DNA from: Chloroflexota bacterium
GTDB lineage: Bacteria; Chloroflexota; Dehalococcoidia; Lucifugimonadales; UBA3495
NCBI GenBank assembly: GCA_028874075.1
Contig: JAPPLU010000049.1
Location: forward strand, 122,412 to 186,411
Length of the DNA stretch: 64,000 nt
Reading direction: 5' to 3'
Shown: piece after piece, positions 45,415-53,749 of the stretch
How positions within the stretch are numbered: the stretch's first letter is position 1
Layout of the letters: each line of letters begins with the position of its first letter
Notes under the pieces: generated by a model
Seen by the model: only the letters and a program-made list of their open reading frames with translations
Told to the model about the DNA's origin: nothing
Databases searched by the model: none
Program-made: the position numbers and the translations under genes

Positions 45415-46548
45415 TTACCGGGCCACGAACCCGAACTGCTCAAACTGGCCGTGAACGATGGGGTCTGGGTCCAGGCCCAGCCACCGGTCAAGGATGGTGG
45501 CATAGGTAGAGCGGAAGTCGGTGGTGTAGGCCAGGTCTCCCTCGGAGAGGTCTGCTTCACGCAGGGACGGGTACTGGCCGTACTGCCCCCCCTGTATGGA
45601 CCCGCCCAGGACGAAAGCCACGCCGCCGGAGCCGTGATCGCAGCCCGTGCCGTTGTCCCGAACCCGCCTGCCAAACTCGGACCAGACGAATACCAGGGTA
45701 TCCTGCCACAGCCCCTGTTCCTTCAGGTCGTCCGTGAAGTCGGCGATGGCGGTAGAAAAGTCCTGCCACAGCTTGGCGTGGGTCTGCAATTCGTTGCTGT
45801 GGGTGTCGAAATTGCCGTGCTGAGCATAGAGAATGCGGGCGCCGAGACCCGCGCTCATCACCTGGGCCGCACCCTTGAGGCTGTTGGCGATAGGAGTGTC
45901 GCCGTACTCCACGGAGGAGGAGTAGAGTTCGGGCGCGGTGCGCAAGATATCGGCGCCCATCAGCGCCTGGGCCCCGTTCTCGCTGAGGGCCTGGGCCACA
46001 ACATCCCGGCCGCCCTCAGGACCGTACATCCGGCCCAGGGCGTCGAGGGCGTGCAGCCGAACGTTCTCGTCGTCTATGTCGGGCAACAGGCCATAGGTTT
46101 CCAGGTTGCCCACCGATGCCACCGGCGCGCCCTTGCAGACAAAGGCCCGGGGCAATCCCCGGCCGAAGTTGACACCGGTAAGGACGTTCTCTCCACGGGG
46201 GTCCAGATCGCGAATGGCAGCGCCCAGCCAGCCCTGGCTGCCGATGGTTTCCGGTTCGGCGGTGTACCAGATGTCCCGGGACCGGAAGTGGGAACGGTTG
46301 GGCTGGGGGTAGCCAATACCCTTGATGACGGCTAATTCGCCCTGGTCCCACAGGGCCTTCATCTCCCTCATGCCGGGGTTGAACCCCAGGGTGTCGTCGA
46401 TGGGAAAGACTTCCTGCTGGGGAATACCAATGCCCGGGCGGTTGTCGTAATAGAGGCCATTGCCGTAGGGGACCACGGTGTTCAACCCGTCGTTACCCCC
46501 AACCAGTTCGATAACCACCAGATTGCGTTCCTTGCTGGTTGATACCAT
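45415..46548 (-). CDS. DUF1501-family protein (sulfatase/alkaline-phosphatase-like fold)
   Basis: VVIELVGGNDGLNTVVPY, GIGYPQPNRSHFRSRDIWYTA, HGNFDTHSNE and SEFGRRVRDNGTGCDHG are the DUF1501 blocks. No Tat/Sec signal at the N-terminus. Confidence 0.85.
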   Translation of the reverse strand: MVSTSKERNLVVIELVGGNDGLNTVVPYGNGLYYDNRPGIGIPQQEVFPIDDTLGFNPGMREMKALWDQGELAVIKGIGYPQPNRSHFRSRDIWYTAEPETIGSQGWLGAAIRDLDPRGENVLTGVNFGRGLPRAFVCKGAPVASVGNLETYGLLPDIDDENVRLHALDALGRMYGPEGGRDVVAQALSENGAQALMGADILRTAPELYSSSVEYGDTPIANSLKGAAQVMSAGLGARILYAQHGNFDTHSNELQTHAKLWQDFSTAIADFTDDLKEQGLWQDTLVFVWSEFGRRVRDNGTGCDHGSGGVAFVLGGSIQGGQYGQYPSLREADLSEGDLAYTTDFRSTYATILDRWLGLDPDPIVHGQFEQFGFVAR

Positions 46549-46604
46549 GGTCCTGCTCCTTTAATCGTAATTCGCCGACCTGCCCGGCACTGCAGGCGGC
46601 CGGG

Positions 46605-47618
46605 CTAACCGCCTCTGCGGTAAACCTGGATACGGTGCCTGTTGGTTTCGGTTACGTACAGGTAGCCCCGGCTGTCGAGCCTGACGGAGGCCGGGCACCA
46701 GAAGTATTTTTCAATGTGAGACGATTCCTCGTGGGGATCGTCAATAACGTAGTCAATGTTCATTTCCAGGTTGGCGGTGGCGCGGGCGGCGGCCTCTTCC
46801 CGGTTGATGTTGAGGAAGTTGGCGGCCCATTCCGATATGGTCCCCTCTCCCCGGAGCTTGGTTACGAAGCTGCCATTGGCATCCAGCACCTGCACTCGCT
46901 CGTTGCCCCAGTCGGCAATATAAATATAGCCGTCCTTGTCCACCGCCACCGAGGCGGGGCGGGTGAACTGGCCATCCCTACGGCCCGATTGCCCAAAGGC
47001 TGCCAGGAACCGGCCGTCACTCGAGAACTTCTTGATGCAGTCGTTGCCGAAGTCGGCCACGTAAAGGTTGTCTTCACTGTCAACGGCCAGGCCCCAGGGC
47101 AGGCTGACAGCCTCAGGCCCCTCGCTGCCAATTACCCGGATAAACTCACCGGCGGCGGTGAACTTCTGGACCCGGTTATTGTAGGCGTCGGCCACGTAGA
47201 TGTGGTCGGCGCTGTCGAAAGCCAGCCCGGACGGGGTGTCAAGCTCGCCTTCGCCGGAACCCGCAGCGCCCCAGTGGAACAGGTAGCCGCCATCGGAATC
47301 GTAGGCGGTGATACGGTTCAACCGCTCGTCGCTGATGAAGAAACGGCCCTGGCCGTCCACGGCCCCACAGGCCGGCCAGACAAATTGCCCGCCGTCGAAT
47401 CCGTAGCTGCCGAAGTTGCCGAAGTACCCACTGTCCAGGTCGCACATTGTGACGCGGATACCCCGGACTGTCTCCTCCTTGCTGCGGCTGATCACATAGA
47501 GCCGGTCTTCGATACCGGCAATGGTGTCTACCGGATAGTAGAAACCCTTGCCCTCCATGACCGTCATGCCCAGGGTCCGGTCGTAAACGAGGAAATCGGT
47601 TTGCTGTGCGGTTGTCAT
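46605..47618 (-). CDS. NHL-repeat beta-propeller protein
   Basis: Repeats of the type PSGLAFDSADHIYVADAYNNRVQKF, PWGLAVDSEDNLYVADFGNDCIKKF and PASVAVDKDGYIYIADWGNERVQVL. ATG 47618. Confidence 0.85.
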   Translation of the reverse strand: MTTAQQTDFLVYDRTLGMTVMEGKGFYYPVDTIAGIEDRLYVISRSKEETVRGIRVTMCDLDSGYFGNFGSYGFDGGQFVWPACGAVDGQGRFFISDERLNRITAYDSDGGYLFHWGAAGSGEGELDTPSGLAFDSADHIYVADAYNNRVQKFTAAGEFIRVIGSEGPEAVSLPWGLAVDSEDNLYVADFGNDCIKKFSSDGRFLAAFGQSGRRDGQFTRPASVAVDKDGYIYIADWGNERVQVLDANGSFVTKLRGEGTISEWAANFLNINREEAAARATANLEMNIDYVIDDPHEESSHIEKYFWCPASVRLDSRGYLYVTETNRHRIQVYRRGG

Positions 47619-47665
47619 GGCTGCGCCTCGGTTCAAGCTTATTGGGTGATGCCTACCAAAACCGG

Positions 47666-48319
47666 CTACCAGATAGGCGTCAATTCCAAGGTAAATCCTG
47701 GCAACTCCGGGTCGCCAGAGATGGACTCCGGGGCTTCCAGTATTTCAACAGGCGTATTGGGCCGGTAGATATATACCCGACGCCGACGATCTAGCCGGTC
47801 AATGAGCCAGCCTAGCCGGACGCCATTTTCCATGTACTCTTCCATCTTGGCCATTGCCAACCTGAGAGGGTCCGAGGGAGACCGCAGTTCTATCACAAAA
47901 TCTGGGTTGATGGAAGGAACCCCCTCTTGCTCTTCATGCGATAGTGTCTCCCAGCGGCTCTTTAAAACCCATGCTCCGTCGGGTGACCGTACTGCGCCGT
48001 TCGGTAATTTGAAACCTGTAGAAGAGTCGAACGCTTCCCCGCTGCCTTCACTCTCCGCCCAGATGCCCAACCGAATAAAGATACGGCCGTTTCTATTCCC
48101 GGTAGTCCCGCCGGTAGGCGCCATAAGTTCCACATCCCCCCGAGCACTGAGTTCTATGCGTAAGTCATTGTTGAGCGCACACAACTCGAAAAACACGTCG
48201 TCGGTCAGAGGCACCGCAGGAGGCAGCTTGAGGACGATGGGACCGTAAGGTTCCGGCACGACCGGATCCGGCTCCATTTGAATGGGAGCTTGCCCCGGTT
48301 TCTTGCTTTGGGTGGTCAC
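47666..48319 (-). CDS. Uma2-family (DUF820, PD-(D/E)xK-like) putative endonuclease
   Basis: NPDFVIELRSPSD and GVRLGWLID are typical Uma2 blocks. GTG start with AAGGAAGG upstream. Confidence 0.8.
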   Translation of the reverse strand: MTTQSKKPGQAPIQMEPDPVVPEPYGPIVLKLPPAVPLTDDVFFELCALNNDLRIELSARGDVELMAPTGGTTGNRNGRIFIRLGIWAESEGSGEAFDSSTGFKLPNGAVRSPDGAWVLKSRWETLSHEEQEGVPSINPDFVIELRSPSDPLRLAMAKMEEYMENGVRLGWLIDRLDRRRRVYIYRPNTPVEILEAPESISGDPELPGFTLELTPIW

Positions 48320-48355
48320 GTGAACGACACCTTCCTTTACCGCTGGGACGGAAAT

Positions 48356-49768
48356 TTACGCCCGCTGGAATTCCTGGGTTGCCGCCACCATTTGGAGCAC
48401 GTCTGCGATGTGCTGGCGGTCGGTATTGTCGCCGCCCCTGGACGAGAAGTCCACCAGCACCCTCCGGGTATCTTCGTCCACCTCCAGTGCGCCCACCTCT
48501 TCCAGGCAGGCGTCCACCAGGCGTTCGGGGTAGGATGCATCGTTCAATTCGACGCTGATGCGGTCCACCATGCCGCGGATGCCCGGCTTGGCGGGGTCGC
48601 CGATCTGCTTGCTGACAAAGTTAATCCGTTCCACCAGCGTACCGCTGTTGAGCCAGTCGGTGCCGGTGTGCCAGCCCTCCACGCTGGGCGGGTTATTGAG
48701 TATCTGACCCATGTAGGACGCCTGGCTGAAGCGCTCGAGGATTTCGTAACGGGGACGGTCGAACTCACCCGTCAGGCGCAGCACCCCGGCGACGAGTTCT
48801 ACCGGACTCTTGACCTTTCGGTAGCGGGCCTCTTCGGCTTTGAAGAAGTCCGAGTTGAAGAGAACCCGCAGCATGGCGCCGATGTTGTAATCACTGTCGA
48901 AGTAGGCCTGGGAGAGAGTGTCTATGGCCTCCTGGTTCGCGGGCGGCGTGTAGGGCCACTCCGGCACCGGCGGCTCATCGGCAACAAAGAAGCTGTAGAG
49001 GTGGCGGGAGATGAAGCGGGCCGTGGCCGGCTGCCGGCAGATAATGTCAACGATATCCTCGCCGTTGAAGTTGCCCCGCTGGCCCAGAAACTCCTTTTCC
49101 TCGTCGTCGTGGTCTTCAGGATGGTACTCAAAGTGCCAAGAGATCCGACCGTAGGGCCAGTCTGAGTCCCGCTGGGACCGCAGTTCCATGTACTCCCGGT
49201 TGGCGATGGTCCAGCCGGTGAATGCCCGGGCGCACTCCTTGATGTCCTGCTCGGTGTAGTTGCCCACGCCCATGGAGAAGAGCTCCAATAACTCCCTGCC
49301 GTAATTCTCGTTGATGGCGCCCTTGTGATTGTCCTGGTTGTCCAGCCAGATGATCATGGCGGGGTCTCGGGACAGTTCCAGCAGCAGGGTGCGGAAGTTG
49401 CCCATGGCGTGCTTGCGGAACATCCTGGTCTGGTCGGACAGGGCCTTGCCATGGATAACCTTGTTGTAGCCCGTGGCGAAAATGCCATGCCAGAAGAGGG
49501 TCATCTTCTCCTGCAGGGGAGCCGTGGTGGTAGCCATGCGGTAAAGCCAGTTTTCGCCGGGAGCCAGGGGGCCCATCATGCCCGACAGTTCGGGGTGGAA
49601 GCGCCGAATAAGGTAATCGCTGAGCCGCTGCTCATCTCCAGGGTTAAGCAGGTCCTCCACCGTGGCCTCGTATCCCCTGGCGGCGCGGGATTCCAGTTCC
49701 TCGCGACCGGCCCCGAAACCGGCCCGCCGCATCAAATGCGCAATCAACTCTGCATTGGCATCCAGCAT
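48356..49768 (-). CDS. DUF1800-family protein
   Basis: AHLMRRAGFGAGREELE, MTLFWHGIFAT, MIIWLDNQDN...NENYGRELLELFSMGVGNYTEQDIKECARAFTGW. Confidence 0.85.
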   Translation of the reverse strand: MLDANAELIAHLMRRAGFGAGREELESRAARGYEATVEDLLNPGDEQRLSDYLIRRFHPELSGMMGPLAPGENWLYRMATTTAPLQEKMTLFWHGIFATGYNKVIHGKALSDQTRMFRKHAMGNFRTLLLELSRDPAMIIWLDNQDNHKGAINENYGRELLELFSMGVGNYTEQDIKECARAFTGWTIANREYMELRSQRDSDWPYGRISWHFEYHPEDHDDEEKEFLGQRGNFNGEDIVDIICRQPATARFISRHLYSFFVADEPPVPEWPYTPPANQEAIDTLSQAYFDSDYNIGAMLRVLFNSDFFKAEEARYRKVKSPVELVAGVLRLTGEFDRPRYEILERFSQASYMGQILNNPPSVEGWHTGTDWLNSGTLVERINFVSKQIGDPAKPGIRGMVDRISVELNDASYPERLVDACLEEVGALEVDEDTRRVLVDFSSRGGDNTDRQHIADVLQMVAATQEFQRA

Positions 49769-49808
49769 CAGTCCTCTCCTGAAGAAACAATGCTACCGAA
49801 TCATCCGC

Positions 49809-49839
49809 ATTCTACCATTTTCCAGGAAGAACACGTCAA
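49809..49839 (-). promoter_or_regulatory. Candidate extended -10 promoter for the DUF1800 operon
   Basis: Minus strand: TTGACG (49839-49834), 19-nt spacer ending in TGG, TAGAAT (49814-49809), about 40 nt upstream of ATG 49768. Confidence 0.4.
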
Positions 49840-50014
49840 ACATAATGAGTTGGCAATCGTTTACAAACCAGCGGGCACCGGCGAGTATCGGTAGTTTTCG
49901 GCGCGTGCTCACCTGGTCTCTAGCCGTTTTTCCTGCATTAGACGGTTACGCATACTGTCATACGATTTCCTGCAGCCGTGGACGACAGCCGGATGATTAT
50001 GCAGCAGTGCGGGT

Positions 50015-50272
50015 TTAGTTGTTGCTGATGGGGCCCATGCCCTGATGACCCCGGCCCTTGAGGTCGTCGAGGTCGGACCCGTCGTCCTGGTGCTTTCCCC
50101 GCAGGACGCAGTGGCGGCAGACCTTGCATACGGGGTGCAGACCGCCGAAATCCTGGTGGTACTGGGGACACAGGGGGGCGCCGGAATCCTGGCACCTGGG
50201 GCAGCCATCGCAGCGTCCCTGGTCCTGTCCTTGTCCGGCGCGGGTTTCGGGTTCTCGCACCAGGGTGGTCAT
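50015..50272 (-). CDS. Small Cys-rich protein (85 aa, 7 Cys), putative metal/Fe-S binding
   Basis: ATG 50272 has GAGGAG 8 nt upstream. CDGCPRCQDSGAPLCP (CxxCxxCx7CP) plus CKVCRHC. Lies 61 nt downstream of the hydantoinase gene on the same strand. Confidence 0.5.
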   Translation of the reverse strand: MTTLVREPETRAGQGQDQGRCDGCPRCQDSGAPLCPQYHQDFGGLHPVCKVCRHCVLRGKHQDDGSDLDDLKGRGHQGMGPISNN

Positions 50273-50333
50273 AGTTGTCGCTCCTCTTGTTTGTTGCAGG
50301 GTCTGCAGATGTCCGAGTACCAATATTCGGCTA

Positions 50334-51776
50334 CTAGACGGAAGGCTGGGCAACCACCCGCGGGGCTACTTTGCGGGAGAGCCAGCGGCCATCGGCAGGG
50401 CTGCCCAGAAGCTGGCCATCGCGGACGATGACCTTGCCCCGCAGCAGGGTCATTACCGGGTAGCCTTCGCACTCAAAGCCGTCCCAGATGGAGTAGTCGG
50501 ATTCGGCGTGCAGTTCGTCCACCGTGATGGTCTTCTTGAGATTGGGGTCGAAGATTACGATGTCGGCGTCGCTGCCCACGGCAATGGCGCCCTTCTGGGG
50601 GTACATGCCGAGAATCCTGGCGGCGTTGGTGGAAGTGATGGCGGCGAACCGCTGCAGGTCGATGCGACCGGTGGCGGCCAGCTTGGTGTAGGTAACGGGC
50701 ATGCGGGTCTCGATGCCGTTATGGCCGCCGCAGAGGGTGCGGATGGTATCGCCGGCCAGCTTGATGTTCTTGTAGGTGGTCCACTCGTCGGTGGCGGTGG
50801 TGCAGATGGGGCCGTCCACCAGTCCCTGCTGCAGGGCATCCCGGTCGTCGGAGAACTTGATGGCGGGGTAGGTGTGAATGGCCAGGCCTTCGGGCTTCAG
50901 GTAATCGTCGCAGGTGAACTCAAGGTAGTTATGCAGGGCCTCGCCGTAGACGGGCAGCTGGGCGGCGCGGGCCTCAGCAATAGCGGCCACGCCCTCCCTG
51001 GCGGTGGTGTGAACAAAGTAGATGCCGGTCTCGGTGCTCTGGGCCAGGCGCACCACCTTGCGGAAGGAAATATCCTCGGAAATGTTGTTGTGGGCCAGAT
51101 GCAGGTTGGACCCGTGGTCGCGGCCCTCCCGCTCCAGCTTGTTTTCCATGTAAGTTACGATGTCGTCCTCTTCGGCGTGGACGGCCATTATCCCGCCGTG
51201 CCGGCCCACCTCCTGGAATATCTCCCACAGGTGTCCCATGGGCACCCTGGCGTGGAAGGTGGTGAAAATCTTGAAGCTGGCAACCCCGGACTGGATGGCT
51301 TCGCCAATTTCGCCCATGGTGCTGGGCGGAACGGCGCCGGCGAGGATGTAGTGGAAGGTGTAGTCGGTGTAGGAATGGCCGCGGAAGGTGTCGCGCCGGG
51401 TTTCAATCTGGCTCATGATGGGGTCGGAGGGCGGGACGGCGCCCGGCGTAAGGGGAAGGGCCCCGGCGAAGTCGACATAGGTGGTTACCCCACCGAAGGC
51501 GGCGGCCCGGCTGGCCGCTTCGGGCGGCTGGGTGAAGACGCCGGCATCACCGCCGGCCCAGTAGTCAGGAACGGGCACGTTGATGTGGGTATGGGGTTCG
51601 ATGCCGCCCGGCAGGACTATCATGCCGGTGGCGTCGATGGTTTCTCCCGCTCCCATCTCATCCAGGATTCCCGGAGCGGCCACGGCCACGATATGCTCGC
51701 CCTGAACGCCCACGTCCATCAGGCCCACGCCTTCGGGCGTAACTACGGTACCACCCCTGATAATCGAGTCCAGCAT
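50334..51776 (-). CDS. Dihydropyrimidinase / D-hydantoinase (cyclic amidohydrolase)
   Basis: IIRGGTVVTPEG...VLPGGIEPHTHI, ...ASFKIFT..., MAVHAEEDD, YFVHTT and the C-terminal GSDADIVIFDP. ATG 51776 is preceded by GGGAGG; the track ORF extends to 51953. Confidence 0.85.
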   Translation of the reverse strand: MLDSIIRGGTVVTPEGVGLMDVGVQGEHIVAVAAPGILDEMGAGETIDATGMIVLPGGIEPHTHINVPVPDYWAGGDAGVFTQPPEAASRAAAFGGVTTYVDFAGALPLTPGAVPPSDPIMSQIETRRDTFRGHSYTDYTFHYILAGAVPPSTMGEIGEAIQSGVASFKIFTTFHARVPMGHLWEIFQEVGRHGGIMAVHAEEDDIVTYMENKLEREGRDHGSNLHLAHNNISEDISFRKVVRLAQSTETGIYFVHTTAREGVAAIAEARAAQLPVYGEALHNYLEFTCDDYLKPEGLAIHTYPAIKFSDDRDALQQGLVDGPICTTATDEWTTYKNIKLAGDTIRTLCGGHNGIETRMPVTYTKLAATGRIDLQRFAAITSTNAARILGMYPQKGAIAVGSDADIVIFDPNLKKTITVDELHAESDYSIWDGFECEGYPVMTLLRGKVIVRDGQLLGSPADGRWLSRKVAPRVVAQPSV

Positions 51777-52069
51777 AATTGCCTCCCGAACTGCCAATTT
51801 GGGTGGACTGAGTGCACCGGCCAAAGCACTTTGCGGTTGGCGGCCGGGTGCGGTTTGGTGAATTATAGCGTAATGGTGGAAATATGGACTGGTATTGGCC
51901 TGAAGTCCAGTACACTGAGTAATCATGGCGGTGGAAGGGGGAGGCCTGTACAATAGCGGCGGAGTTCATGCCTCAAGACATTCGTGATTCCTGCTGCGTA
52001 CTTACGAACTATCAGTCTCCGGGGCCGGCGACTTTGACCCAGGCGCTGGCCTGAAGTAGAGGACACAAG

Positions 52070-53305
52070 ATGAGCAACCAGCAAGTTGGAACCAAAGAAG
52101 AGATGGCCGGCCGGTCCAACTCGGCAATAGAGACTTCGCGCCAGGAGCTATTCGACCTGTCGCTGGACGTGCATGCCCATCCGGAACTGAACTACCAGGA
52201 ATACTACTCCTCCAACGCCCTGGCGGGGTTCCTGGAGAAGCGCGAGTTTGCCGTCGAGCGGGGTATCGGCGGCGTGGAAACGGCTTTCCAGGCGACCATC
52301 CCCGGGGGTGGCGGCGAGGGCCCGACCATTGCGGTGCTGGCGGAGTACGACGCCCTGCCTGAGATTGGGCACGGCTGCGGCCACAACCTCATTGCCATGG
52401 CCGCCATGGGCGCGGCGCTGGGCCTGCAGGCCAACGCCGCAGAGCTGCCAGGGAACGTGGTGGTGATTGGAACCCCGGCTGAGGAGGGCGGCGGCGGCAA
52501 GATACGGCTACTGGAGGCCGGGGTGTTTGACGGCGTAGACGCCACGCTTTCCTCGCACCCCTTTTCCAACCGGACGGTGATACCCGCCACGGCGGCCAGA
52601 GGCGAAAGCTGGAGCTTGGCCATGGTGGGGTACCGGTACCAGTACCACGGGCGGGCCGCCCACGCCGCGGCGGCTCCGGAGGCGGGCATCAATGCCTTGA
52701 ACGCGGTCATCCACCTGTTCACCGGCATTGACGCCATGCGCCAGCACCTGAGGGACGACGTCCGCATCCACGGGGTAATAACCGACGGAGGCCTGGCGCC
52801 GAATGTGGTGCCGGAGTTCGCCGCCGCCAACTTTATGCTGCGGTCGAGGGACGGGCGGTACCTGAGCGACGAGGTGGTGGGCAAAGTACGGCAGGTGGCG
52901 GAAGGGGCGGCGGCCATGACCGGGGCGCGGCTGGAAGTGGAAGAGTTCTATCCCTTCTACGAGAACGTCCAGCCCAACGTGGCGCTGGCCCAGGCAGTGG
53001 GGGCCAACGCCCAGTCCCTGGGGTTCAAGCTGGATGAACCGGTAGCCGGACGGCCTGGCAGCGGGGCATCCACGGACTTCGGCAACGTAAGCCAGGCAAT
53101 GCCGGCCTACGAGCTTCGGTACGCGGTCAGCGAGACCCCGGTGGCATCGCATACCCGAGACATGTGCGAGACGGCCACTACCGGGCTGGCCCTGTCCAAC
53201 GCCCTGCTGGTGGCCAAGGCTCTGAGCCTGACTGCCAGCGACCTGCTGCGGGACGGCGCACTGCTAGAGGCGGCGAAGGCGGAGTTTGCCGAGCGCAGCA
53301 GTTAG
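52070..53305 (+). CDS. M20-family amidohydrolase/peptidase (AbgB-like)
   Basis: HAHPELNYQEY, IAVLAEYDALPEIGHGCGHNLIA, GTPAEEGGGGK. Confidence 0.8.
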   Translation: MSNQQVGTKEEMAGRSNSAIETSRQELFDLSLDVHAHPELNYQEYYSSNALAGFLEKREFAVERGIGGVETAFQATIPGGGGEGPTIAVLAEYDALPEIGHGCGHNLIAMAAMGAALGLQANAAELPGNVVVIGTPAEEGGGGKIRLLEAGVFDGVDATLSSHPFSNRTVIPATAARGESWSLAMVGYRYQYHGRAAHAAAAPEAGINALNAVIHLFTGIDAMRQHLRDDVRIHGVITDGGLAPNVVPEFAAANFMLRSRDGRYLSDEVVGKVRQVAEGAAAMTGARLEVEEFYPFYENVQPNVALAQAVGANAQSLGFKLDEPVAGRPGSGASTDFGNVSQAMPAYELRYAVSETPVASHTRDMCETATTGLALSNALLVAKALSLTASDLLRDGALLEAAKAEFAERSS

Positions 53306-53749
53306 CCGGAATTTGGTGAGAGAGGGACTATTGATGTAACCATGGTGGGCGGTCCTTGTGGCCGCCCATACGCACGTTTGGGCGGTGTTGGCGGCAGCGA
53401 GTTTATAGCAGGCGCGGAAACGACCGACTGGTCGGGAACGACGGTTTGAGTGGTAGGCGGGGGGATTGGGAAAAGGGCGTGGCCGCATAGCATCGCCCCC
53501 ACACAAGGCCACAATGAGAGGATGTCATCGCCTCCAACTGACGGTCCCCGGTTGCCGACGCTCCCCGGCTGCACACGGCCCCGGCGTCGGGGCATCGTTA
53601 AGGGCATGGCAACGATGCCGCTGGCCCGGCGAATTTGTCAGCAAAACAGGGCAGTCCTATACTTTGATGCCGGGTTGGAACGACGTATTGCAGCCCAGCT
53701 TATGAGGGACAAGGGCATACTTACCGCAAGACTCCCCAGGAGGCCACAG

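Noticed and set aside
50058-51956. 632-aa plus-strand ORF opposite the hydantoinase
   Set aside because: It is an antisense shadow ORF of a high-GC gene. The same reasoning applies to 6567..7727, 20447..21496, 25306..26367, 33581..34606, 39694..41352, 41704..42846, 44707..46335 and 56384..57403.
53450-53749. 100-codon N-terminal extension of the fused hydantoinase ORF
   Set aside because: The extension runs through hairpin and REP-like sequence and lacks similarity to HyuA N-termini. TTG 53750 with AGGAGG 6 nt upstream places the start right at the canonical FKIGIDVGGTFTD block.
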